Source: Eledone cirrhosa
Lineage: Eukaryota
DNA: 64,000 nucleotides
Assembly: GCA_964016885.1 (NCBI GenBank)
Contig: OZ024743.1
Span: 135,966,001 to 136,030,000 of the forward strand
Direction: 5' to 3'
A program made the position numbers and the translations under genes. This document shows, one piece after another, positions 35,101 through 48,395 of this stretch (position 1 is its first letter; each line of letters starts with the position of its first letter). The notes below the pieces were generated by a model. That model had not been told where the DNA came from, made no database searches, and worked only from the letters and a program-made list of their open reading frames with translations.

Positions 35101-38100
35101 AAAACCAAGCACCAAGCTCCAAGGACCAAACACCAAGCACCAAACACCAAACACCAAGCACCAAGCCTGAAACACCAAGCACCAAGCGCCAAACACCAAA
35201 CACCAAGCACCAAGCACCAAATACCATGCACCAAGCACCAAGCACCAAGCACCAAACACCAAACACCAAACACCAAACACCAAACAGCAAACAGCAAACT
35301 CCAAACACCAAACACCAAACAGCAAACACCAAACAGCAAACACCAGACACCAACCAGCAAACACCAAACACCAAACACCAAACAGCAAACGCCAAACATC
35401 AAACGCCAAACACCAAACGCCAAACAGCAAACGCCAAACACCAAACGCCAAACAGTAAGCACCTAGCACCAAACACCAAACACCAAGCACCAAGCACCAA
35501 ACACCAAACACCAAGCACCAAGCACCAAACACCAAACACCAAGCACCAAGCACTAAACACCAAACACCAAGCACCAAGCACCAAGCCCCAAACACCAAGC
35601 ACCAAACACCAAGCACCAAACACCAAGCACCAAACTCCAAGCACCAAACACCAAGCACCAAGCACCAAGCACCAAACACCAAGCACCAAGCACCAAACAC
35701 CAACCAGCAAACACCAAACACCAAACACCAAACAGCAAACACCAAACACCAAACACCAAATAGCAAACGCCAAAAAGCAAACGCCAAACCCCAAACGCCA
35801 AACAGCAAACGCCAAGCACCAAGCACCAAATACCAAGCACCAAGCACCAAGCACCAAGCACCAAACACCAAACACCAAACACCAAACAGCAAACAGCAAA
35901 CTCCAAACACCAAACACCAAACAGCAAACACCAAACACCAAACAGCAAACACAAAACAGCAAACAGCAAACACCAAACACCAACCAGCAAACACCAAGCA
36001 CCAAACACCAAGCACCAAGCAACAAGCACCAATCACCAAGCACCAAGCACTAAAGACCAAACACCAAGCACCAAGCACCATGGACCAAACACCAAGCATC
36101 AAGCACCAAGCACCAAACGCCATGCACCAAGCACCAAACACCAAGCACCAAGCACCATGCACCAAACACCAAGCACCAAAGACCAAGCACCAAATACCAA
36201 GCACCAAGCACCAAACACCAATCACCAAGCACCAAGCACCAAACACCAAGAACCCAGCACCAATCACTAAACACCAAACACCAAGCACCAAGCACCAAGT
36301 ACCAAACTCCAAACACCAAACACCAAGCACCAAGCACCAAACACCAAACACCAAGCACCAAGCACCATGCACCAATCACCAAACACCAAGCACCAAGCAC
36401 CAAAGACCAAACACTAAGCACCAAGCACCAAACACCAAACACCAAGCACCTAGCACCAAGCACCAAGCACCAAGCACCAAACACCAAGCACCAAGCACCA
36501 AGCCCCAAACACCAAGCACCAAACACCAAGCACCAGACACGAAGCACCAAGCACCAAATACCAAGCACCAAAAACCAAGCACCAAGCTCCAAGGACCAAA
36601 CACCAAGCACCAAACACCAAACACCAAGCACCAAGCCTGAAACACCAAGCACCAAGCGCCAAACACCAAACACCAAGCACCAAGCACCAAATACCATGCA
36701 CCAAGCACCAAGCACCAAGCACCAAACACCAAACACCAAACACCAAACACCAAACAGCAAACAGCAAACTCCAAACACCAAACACCAAACAGCAAACACC
36801 AAACACCAAACAGCAAACACCAAACAGCAAACACCAAACACCAACCAGCAAACACCAAACACCAAACACCAAACAGCAAACGCCAAACATCAAACGCCAA
36901 ACACCAAACGCCAAACAGCAAACGCCAAACACCAAACGCCAAACAGTAAGCACCAAGCACCAAACACCAAACACCAAGCACCAAGCACCAAACACCAAAC
37001 ACCAAGCACCAAGCACCAAACACCAAACACCAAGCACCAAGCACTAAACACCAAACACCAAGCACCAAGCACCAAGCCCCAAACACCAAGCACCAAACAC
37101 CAAGCACCAAACACCAAGCACCAAACACCAAGCACCAAACACCAAGCACCAAGCACCAAGCACCAAACACCAAGCACCAAGCACCAAACACCAACCAGCA
37201 AACACCAAACACCAAACACCAAACAGCAAACACCAAACACCAAACACCAAATAGCAAACGCCAAAAAGCAAACGCCAAACCCCAAACGCCAAACAGCAAA
37301 CGCCAAGCACCAAACACCAAACACCAAGCGCCAAGCACCAAACACCAAACACCAAGCACCAAGCACCAAACACCAAACACCTAGCACCAAGCACCAAAGA
37401 GCAAACACCAAGCCCCAAGCACCAAACACCCAACACCAAACACCAAACATCAAACACCAATCACGAATCACCAAACAGCAAACAGCAAACACCAAACACC
37501 AAACACCAAACACCAAGCACCAAGCACCAAACCCCAAACACCAAGCACCAAGCACCAAACACCAAATACCAAGCACCAAGCACCAAGCACCAAGCACCAA
37601 ACACCAAGCACCATGCACGAAGCACCAAGCACCAAATACCAAGCACCAAGCACCAAACACCAAACACCAAACACCAAACAGCAAACAGCAAACTCCAAAC
37701 ACCAAGCACCAAACACCAAGCACCAAACACCAAGCACCAGACACGAAGCACCAAGCACCAAATACCAAGCACCAAAAACCAAGCACCAAGCTCCAAGGAC
37801 CAAACACCAAGCACCAAACACCAAACACCAAGCACCAAGCATGAAACACCAAGCACCAAGCGCCAAACACCAAAAACCAAGCACCAAGCACCAAATACCA
37901 AGCACCAAGCACCAAGCACCAAGCACCAAACACCAAACACCAAACACCAAACAGCAAACAGCAAACTCCAAACACCAAACACCAAACAGCAAACACCAAA
38001 CACCAAACAGCAAACACCAAACAGCAAACAGCAAACAGCAAACACCAACCAGCAAACACCAAGCACCAAACATCAAGCACCAAGCAACAAGCACCAATCA

Positions 38101-39897
38101 CCAAGCACCAAGCACTAAACACCAAACCCCAAGCACCAAGCACCATGGACCAAACAACAAGCATCAAGCACCAAGCACCAAACGCCAAGCACCAAGCACC
38201 AAACACCAAGCACCAAGCACCATGCACCAAACACCAAGCACCAAAGACCAAGCACCAAATACCAAGCACCAAGCACCAAACACCAATCACCAAGCACCAA
38301 GCACCAAACACCAAGAACCCAGCACCAATCACTAAACACCAAACACCAAGCACCAAGCACCAAATCCCAAGCACCAAACACCAAGCACCAAGCACCAAAC
38401 ACCAAACACCAAGCACCAAGCACCATGCACCAATCACCAAACACCAAGCACCAAGCACCAAACACCAAACACCAAGCACCAAGCACCAAACACCAAACAC
38501 CAAGCACCTAGCACCAAGCACCAAGCACCAAGCACCAAACACCAAGCACCAAGCACCAAGCCCCAAACACCAAGCACCAAACACCAAGCACCAGACACGA
38601 AGCACCAAGCACCAAATACCCAGCACCAAAAACCAAGCACCAAGCTCCAAGGACCAAACACCAAGCACCAAACACCAAACACCAAGCACCAAGCATGAAA
38701 CACCAAGCACCAAGCGCCAAACACCAAACACCAAGCACCAAGCACCAAATACCAAGCACCAAGCACCAAGCACCAAGCACCAAACACCAAACACCAAACA
38801 CCAAACACCAAACAGCAAACAGCAAACTCCAAACACCAAACACCAAACAGCAAACACCAAACACCAAACAGCAAACACCAAACAGCAAACACCAAACACC
38901 AAACACCAACCAGCAAACACCAAACACCAAACACCAAACAGCAAACGCCAAACATCAAACGCCAGACACCAAACGCCAAACAGCAAACGCCAAACACCAA
39001 ACGCCAAACAGCAAGCACCAAGCACCAAACACCAAACACCAAGCACCAAGCACCAAACACCAAACACCAAGCACCAAGCACCAAACACCAAACACCAAGC
39101 ACCAAGCACTAAACACCAAACACCAAGCACCAAGCACCAAGCACCAAACACCAAGCACCAAACACCAAGCACCAAACACCAAGCACCAAGCACCAAGCAC
39201 CAAGCACCAAACACCAAGCACCAAGCACCAAACACCAACCAGCAAACACCAAACACCAAACACCAAACAGCAAACACCAAACACCAAACACCAAATAGCA
39301 AACGCCAAAAAGCAAACGCCAAGCCCCAAACGCCAAACAGCAAACTCCAAGCACCAAACACCAAACACCAAGCGCCAAGCACCAAACACCAAACACCAAG
39401 CACCAAGCACCAAACACCAAACACCAAGCACCAAGCACCAAAGAGCAAACACCAAGCCCCAAGCACCAAACACCCAACACCAAACACCAAACATCAAACA
39501 CCAATCACGAATCACCAAACAGCAAACAGCAAACACCAAACACCAAACACCAAACACCAAGCACCAAGCACCAAACACCAAACACCAAGCACCAAGCACC
39601 AAACACCAAACACCAAGCACCAAGCACTAAACACCAAACACCAAGCAGCAAGCACCAAGCACCAAACACCAAGCACCAAGCACCAGGCACCAAACACCAA
39701 GCACCAAGCACCAGACACCAAAAACCAAGCACCAAACAACAAGCACCAAACACCAAGCACCAAGCACCAAGCACCAGATACCAAGCACCAAGCACCAAGC
39801 ACCAAACACCAAACACCAAGCACCAAGTACCACGCACCAAACACCAAACACCAAGCACCAAACACCAAGCACCAAACACCAAGCACCAAGCACCAAA
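23168..39897 (-). repeat. Junction-proximal HOR domain in constant 7-bp phase, marked by CACCATG-GACCAAA (NcoI site)
   Basis: CCATGG starts at 23800, 25732, 27286, 28140, 29372, 29694, 31255, 32725, 34608, 36078 and 38143; every spacing is a multiple of 7. The first length-variant monomer I found is CACCAAAA at 39891-39898. Confidence 0.88.
30785..37490 (-). repeat. Tandem duplication, 3353-bp unit (479 monomers), each copy made of 1470 + 1883-bp sub-units
   Basis: ORF pairs 31227/34580, 32046/35399, 32697/36050, 33023/36376 and 33691/37044 differ by 3353; 31227/32697 differ by 1470. Shared variants include CCTGAAA and TACCATG. Confidence 0.92.
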
Positions 39898-41689
39898 ACA
39901 CCAAAAACCAAGCACCAAGCACTAAACACCAAGCACCAAGCACCAAACACCAAGCACCAAGCAGCAGGCACCAAGCACCAAACACCAAGCATCAAGCACC
40001 AAACAGCAAACATCAAGCACCAAACACCAAACACCAAGTACCAAGCACCAAACACCAAACACCAAGGACCAAACAGCAAACACCAAACAGCAAACAGCAA
40101 ACACCAAACACCAACCAGCAAACACCAAACACCAAACACCAAACCACAAACACCAAACAGCAAACACCAAACAGCAAAGACCAAACACCAAACACCAAAC
40201 AGCAAACGCCAAAAAGCAAACGCCAAGCCCCAAACGCCAAACAGCAAATGCCAAACCCCAAATGCCAAACAGCAAACGCCAAGCACCAAACACCAAACAC
40301 CTAGCACCAAGCACCAAACCCCAAACACCAAACACCAAGTACAAAACACCAACCACCAAGCACCAAACACCAAACAGCAAACGACAAAAAGCAAATGCCA
40401 AACCCCATACGCCAAACAGGAAATGCCAAACCCCAAACGCCAAACAGCAAACGCCAAGCACCAAACACCAAACACCAAGTGCCAAGCACCAAACACCAAA
40501 CACCAAGCACCAAGCACCAAACACCAAACACCAAGCAGCAATCACCAAACACCAAGCACCAAGCGCCAAACACCAAACACCAAACTCCTAGCACCAAGCA
40601 CCAAGCACCAAACACCAAGCACCAAATACCAAGCACCAAGCACAAAGCACCAAGCACCAAACACCAATCACCAAGCCCCAAGCACCAAACACCAAACACC
40701 AAGCACCAAGCACCAAGCACCAAGCACCAGACACCAAACACCAAGCATGAAGCACCAAACACCAAAAACCAATCACCAAGCCCCAAGTACCAAACACCAA
40801 GCACCAAACACCAAACAGCAAACACTAAACAACAAACTCCAAACAGCAAACACCAAACACCAAATATCAAACACCAAACAGCAAACACCAAACAGCAAAC
40901 AGCAAACACCAAACACCAACCAGCAAACACCAAACAGCAAACACCAAACAGCAAACGCCAAACAGCAAACACAAACACCAAACACCAAACACCAAGCACC
41001 AAGCACCAAGCACAAAACACCAAGCACCAAGCGCCAAACACCAAACACCAAGCACCAAGCACCAAGCACCAAGCACCAATCACCAAACACCAAACACCAA
41101 ACAGCAAACACCAATCACCAAACACCAAACACGAAACACCAAACAGCAAACACCAAACACCAAACACCAAACACCAAACAGCAAACACCAAACACCAAAC
41201 ACCAAACAGCAAACACCAAACAGCAAACACCAAACAGCAAACACCAAACAGCAAACACCAAACAGCAAACAGCAAACAGCAAACAGCAAACACCAAACAC
41301 CAAGCACCAAACACCAAGCACCAAGCAACAAGCGCCAATCAGCAAGCACCAAGCACTAAACACCAAACACCAAGCACCAAGCACCATGCACCAAACACCA
41401 AGCATGAAGCACCAAGCACCAAACGCCAAGCACCAAGCACCAAACACCAAGCACCAAGCACCAAGCACCAGACACCAAGCACCAAAGACCAAGCACCAAA
41501 TACCAAGCACCAAGCCCTAAACACCAATCACCAAGCCCCAAGCACCAAACACCAAGAACCAAGCACCAAAACACCAAAAACCAAGCACCAAGCACTAAAC
41601 ACCAAGCACCAAGCACCAAGCATCAAGCACCAAGCACCAAGCACCAAGCACCAAACACGAAGCACCAAGCACCAGGCACCAAACAGCAA

Positions 41690-43130
41690 ATACCAAGCAC
41701 CAAACACCAAGCACCAAGCACCAAACACCAAACACCAAGCACCAAGCACCAAACACCAAACACCAAGCACCAAACAGCAAACACCAAACAGCAAACACCA
41801 AACACCAAACACCAACCAGCAAACACCAAACACCAAACACCAAACCACAAACACCAAACAGCAAACACCAAACAGCAAACACCAAACACCAATCACCAAG
41901 CCCCAAGCACCAAACACCAAGCACCAAGCACCAAGCACCCAGAACCAAGCACCAAGCACCAAAGACCAAACACCAAGCACAAAGCACCAAACACCAAACA
42001 CCTAGCACCAAGCACCAAGCACCAAGCACCAAACACCATGCACCAAGCACGAAGCACCAAACACCAAGAACCAAGCACCAAAACACCAAAAACCAAGAAC
42101 CAAGCACCAAAACACCAAACACCAAGCACCAAGCACCAGACACCAAACACCAAGCACCAAACAGCAAGCATCAAGCACCAAGCACCAAGCACCAAGCACC
42201 AAACACCAATCATCAAGCACCAAACAGCAAACACCAAGCACCAAACACCAAACACCAAGCACCAAGCACCAAACACCAAACACCAAGCACCAAGCACCAA
42301 ACACCAAACACCAAGCACCAAACAGCAAACACCAAACAGCAAACACCAAACACCAAACACCAACCAGCAAACACCAAACACCAAACACCAAACCACAAAC
42401 ACCAAACAGCAAACACCAAACAGCAAACACCAAACACCAATCACCAAGCCCCAAGCACCAAACACCAAGCACCAAGCACCAAGCACCAAGCACCCAGAAC
42501 CAAGCACCAAGCACCAAAGACCAAACACCAAGCACCAAGCACCAAACACCAAACACCAAGCACCAAGCACCAAGCACCAAACACCATGCACCAAGCACGA
42601 AGCACCAAACACCAAGAACCAAGCACCAAAACACCAAAAACCAAGAACCAAGCACCAAAACACCAAAAACCAAGCACCAAGCACTAAACACCAAGCACCA
42701 AGCACCAAGCATCAAGCACCAAGCACCAAGCACCAAGCACCAAACACCAGTCATCAAGCACCAAACAGCAAACACCAAGCACCAAACACCAAACACCAAG
42801 CACCAAGCACCAAACACCAAACACCAAACACCAAACAGCAAACACCAAACAGCAAACACCAAACACCAAACACCAACCAGCAAACACGAAACACCAAACC
42901 ACAAACACCAAACAGCAAACACCAAACAGCAAACACCAAACACCAATCACCAAGCCCCAAGCACCAAACACCAAGCACCAAGCACCAAGCACCCAGAACC
43001 AAGCACCAAGCACCAAAGACCAAACACCAAGCACCAAGCACCAAACACCAAACACCAAGCACCAAGCACCAAGCACCAAGCACCAAACACCATGCACCAA
43101 GCACGAAGCACCAAACACCAAAAACCAATC
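41690..43130 (-). repeat. About 2.5-3 tandem copies of a 506-548-bp unit
   Basis: The marker CCACAAA and the cluster CCCCAAG...CACCCAG-AACCAAG...GACCAAA recur; ORF ends fall at 41893, 42441 and 42947. Confidence 0.78.
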
Positions 43131-43489
43131 ACCAAGCACCAAAGAGCAAACACCAAGCCCCAAGCACCAAACACCAAACACCAAACACCAAACAGCAAAC
43201 ACTAAACACCAAACACCAAACAGCAAACACCAAACACCAAATATCAAACACCAAACAGCAAACACCAAACAGCAAACAGCAAACACCAAACACCAACCAG
43301 CAAACACCAAACAGCAAACACCAAACAGCAAACGCCAAACAGCAAACACAAACACCAAACACCAAACACCAAGCACCAAGCACCAAGCACAAAACACCAA
43401 GCACCAAGCGCCAAACACCAAACACCAAGCACCAAGCACCAAGCACCAAGCACCAAACACCAAACAGCAAACACCAAACAGCAAACAGC

Positions 43490-46400
43490 AAGCACCAAAC
43501 ACCAAGCACCAAGCAACAAGCACCAATCAGCAAGCAGCAAGCACTAAACACCAAACACCAAGCACCAAGCACCATGCACCAAACACCAAGCATGAAGCAC
43601 CAAGCACCAAACGCCAAGCACCAAGCAACAAACACCAAGCACCAAGCACCAAGCACCAAGCACCAAACACCAAGCACCAAAGACCAAGCACCAAATACCA
43701 AGCACCAAGCACCAAACACCAATCACCAAGCCCCAAGCACCAAACACCAAGAATTAAGCACCAATCACTAAACACCAAACACCAAGCACCAAGCACCAAA
43801 CTCCAAACACCAAACACCAAGCACCAAGCACCAAATCCCAAGCACCAAACACCAAGCACCAAGCACCAAACACCAAACACCAAGCACCAAGCACCAGACA
43901 CCAAGCACCAAGCACCAAGCACCAAGCACCAAAAACCAAGCACCAAGCTCCAAGCACCAAACACCAAGCACCAAACACCAAACACCAAGCACCAAGCACC
44001 AAACACCAAGCACCAAGCGCCAAACACCAAACACCAAGAAGGAAGTACCAAACACCAACCACCAACCACCAAGCACAAAACACCAAGCACCAAGCACCAA
44101 TCACCAAACACCAAGCACCAAGCACCAAACACCAAACACCAAGCACCAAGCACCAAACACCAAACACCAAGCCCCAAGCACCAAACACCAAATACCAAGC
44201 ACCAAGCACCAAGCACCAAGCACCAAACACCAAGCACCAAGCACCAAGCACCAAACACCAAGCACCAAACACCAAACACCAAGCACCAAGCACGAAACAC
44301 CAAGCACCAAGCGCCAAACACCAAACACCAAGCACCAAGCACCAAATACCAAGCACCAAGCACAAAGAACCAAGCACCAAACACCAAACAGCAAACAGCA
44401 AACACCAAACACCAAACAGCAAACAGCAAACAGCAAACACCAAACCGCAAACACCAAACAGCAAACACCAAACACCAAACACCAACCAGCAAACACCAAA
44501 CACCAAACACCAAACAGCAAACGCCAAACATCAAACGCAAAACACCAATCGCCAAACAGCAAACGCCAAACACCAAACGCCAAACAGCAAGCACCAAGCA
44601 CTAAACACCAAACACCAAGCACCAAACACCAAACACCAAGCACCAAGCACCAAACACCAAACACCAAGCACCAAGCACCAAACACCAAACACCAAGCACC
44701 AAGCACCAAGCACCAAACACCAAGCACCAAGCACCAAGCACCAAACACCAAGCACCAAGCACCAAACACGAAGCACCAAACACCAAGCACCAAGCACCAA
44801 GCACCAAACACCAAGCACCAAACAGCAAGCACCAAACACCAAGCACCAAGCACCAAAACACCAAAAACCAAGCACCAAGCACTAAACACCAAGCACCAAG
44901 CACCAAGCATCAAACAACAAGCACCAAGCACCAAGCACCAAACACCAAGCACCAAGCACCAGGCACCAAGCCCCAAACACCAAGCATCAAGCACCAAACA
45001 ACAAACACCAAGCACCAAACACCAAGCATCAAGCACCAAGCACCAAGCACCAAGCACCAAACACCAAGCACCAAGCACCAGGCACCAAACACCAAACACC
45101 AAGCACCAAGCACCAAACACCAAACACCAAGCACCAAGCACCAAACACCAAACCACAAACACCAAACAGCAAACACCAAACAGCAAACGCAAACACCAAA
45201 CACCAAACAGCAAACGCCAAAAAGCAAATGCCAAACCCCATACGCCAAACAGCAAATGCCAAACCCCAAACGCCAAACAGCAAACGCCAAGCACCAAACA
45301 CCAAACACCAAGCGCCAAGCACCAAACACCAAACACCAAGCACCAATCACCAAACACCAAGCACCAAGCGCCAAACACCAAACACCAAACTCCTAGCACC
45401 AAGCACTAAGCACCAAACACCAAGCACCAAACACCAAGCACCAAGCACCAAGCACCAAGCACCAAACACCAATCACCAAGCCCCACGCACCAAACACCAA
45501 GCACCAAGCACCAAGCACCCAGAACCAAGCACCAAGCAACAAACACCAAACACCAAGCACCAAGCACCAAACACCAAACACCAAGCACCAAGCAGCAAGC
45601 ACCAATCACCAAACACCATACACCAAGCACGAAGCACCAAACACCAAAAACCAATCACCAAGCACCAAAGAGCAAACACCAAGCCCCAAGTACCAAACAC
45701 CAAACACCAAACACCAAACAGCAAACACTAAACACCAAACTCCAAACAGCAAACACCAAACACCAAATATCAAACACCAACCAGCAAACACCAAACAGCA
45801 AACACCAAACAGCAAACACCAAACAGCAAACAGAAAACACCAAACACCAACCAGCAAACACCAAGCACCAAACACCAAACAGCAAACGCCAAAAAGCAAA
45901 TGCCAAACCCCATACGCCAAACAGCAAATGCCAAATCCCAAACGCCAAACAGCAAACGCCAAGCGCCAAACACCAAACACCAAGCGCCAAGCACCAAACA
46001 CCAAACACCAAGCACCAAGCACCAAACACCAAACACCAAGCACCAATCACCAAACACCAAGCACCAATCGCCAAACACCAAACACCAAACTCGTAGCACC
46101 AAACACCAAGCACCAAACACCAAGCACCAAACACCAAGCACCAAGCACCAAGCACCAAGCACCAAACACCAATCACCAAGCCCCAAGCACCAAATAACAA
46201 GCACCAAGCACCAAGCACCCAGAACCAAGCACCAAGCACCAAGCTCCAAGCACCAAGCACCAAGCACCAAACACCAAACACCAAGCACCAAGCACCAAAC
46301 ACCAAGCACCAAGCGCCAAACACCAAACACCAAGAACAAAGTACCAAACACCAAGCACCAACCACCAAGCACAAAACACCAAGCACCAAGCACCAAGCAC

Positions 46401-48395
46401 CAAACACCAAGCACCAAGCACCAAGCACCAAACACCAAACACCAAGCACCAAGCACCAAGCACCAAGCACCAAACACCAAACAGCAAACACCAAACAGCA
46501 AACAGCAAACAGCAAACACCAAACACCAAACACCAAGCACCAAACACCAAGCACCAAGCAACAAGCACCAATCAGCAAGCAGCAAGCACTAAACACCAAA
46601 CACCAAGCACCAAGCACCATGCACCAAACACCAAGCATGAAGCACCAAGCACCAAACGCCAAGCACCAAGCAACAAACACCAAGCACCAAGCACCAAGCA
46701 CCAAGCACCAAACACCAAGCACCAAAGACCAAGCACCAAATACCAAGCACCAAGCACCAAACACCAATCACCAAGCCCCAAGCACCAAACACCAAGAATT
46801 AAGCACCAATCACTAAACACCAAACACCAAGCACCAAGCACCAAACTCCAAACACCAAACACCAAGCACCAAGCACCAAATCCCAAGCACCAAACACCAA
46901 GCACCAAGCACCAAACACCAAACACCAAGCACCAAGCACCAGACACCAAGCACCAAGCACCAAGCACCAAGCACCAAAAACCAAGCACCAAGCTCCAAGC
47001 ACCAAACACCAAGCACCAAACACCAAACACTAAGCACCAAGCACCAAACACCAAGCACCAAGCGCCAAACACCAAACACCAAGAACAAAGTACCAAACAC
47101 CAACCACCAACCACCAAGCACAAAACACCAAGCACCAAGCACCAATCACCAAACACCAAGCACCAAGCACCAAACACCAAACACCAAGCACCAAGCACCA
47201 AACACCAAACACCAAGCCCCAAGCACCAAACACCAAATACCAAGCACCAAGCACCAAGCACCAAGCACCAAACACCAAGCACCAAACACCAAACACCAAG
47301 CACCAAGCACGAAACACCAAGCACCAAGCGCCAAACACCAAACACCAAGCACCAAGCACCAAATACCAAGCACCAAGCACAAAGAACCAAGCACCAAACA
47401 CCAAACAGCAAACAGCAAACACCAAACACCAAACACCAAACAGCAAACAGCAAACACCAAACCGCAAACACCAAACAGCAAACACCAAACACCAAACACC
47501 AACCAGCAAACACCAAACACCAAACACCAAACAGCAAACGCCAAACATCAAACGCAAAACACCAAACGCCAAACAGCAAACGCCAAACACCAAACGCCAA
47601 ACAGCAAGCACCAAGCACTAAACACCAAACACCAAGCACCAAACAGCAAACAGCAAACACCAAACCGCAAACACCAAACAGCAAACACCAAACTCCAAAC
47701 AGCAAACACCAAACACGAAATATCAAACACCAACCAGCAAACACCAAACAGCAAACACCAAACAGCAAACACCAAACAGCAAACAGAAAACACCAAACAC
47801 CAACCAGCAAACACTAAGCACCAAACACCAAACAGCAAACGCCAAAAAGCAAATGCCAAACCCCATACGCCAAACAGCAAATGCCAAATCCCAGACGCCA
47901 AACAGCAAACGCCAAGCGCCAAACACCAAACACCAAGCGCCAAGCACCAAACACCAAACACCAAGCACCAAGCACCAAACACCAAACACCATGCACCAAT
48001 CACCAAACACCAAGCACCAATCGCCAAACACCAAACACCAAACTCCTAGCACCAAGCACCAAGCACCAAACACCAAGCACCAAACACCAAGCACCAAGCA
48101 CCAAGCACCAAGCACCAAACACCAATCACCAAGCCCCAAGCACCAAATAACAAGCACCAAGCACCAAGCACCCAGAACCAAGCACCAAGCACCAAGCTCC
48201 AAGCACCAAGCACCAAGCACCAAACACCAAACACCAAGCACCAAGCACCAAACACCAAGCACCAAGCGCCAAACACCAAACACCAAGAACAAAGTACCAA
48301 ACACCAAGCACCAACCACCAAGCACAAAACACCAAGCACCAAGCACCAAGCACCAAACACCAAGCACCAAGCACCAAGCACCAAACACCAAACAC
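43490..48395 (-). repeat. Middle-domain block duplications (43490-44640 / 46535-47640, offset 3045; 45690-46440 / 47640-48395, offset 1953)
   Basis: The monomer AATTAAG was seen only at 43752 and 46797. ORF pairs 43527/46572 and 43768/46813 differ by 3045; 45900/47853 and 46173/48126 differ by 1953. Confidence 0.85.
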
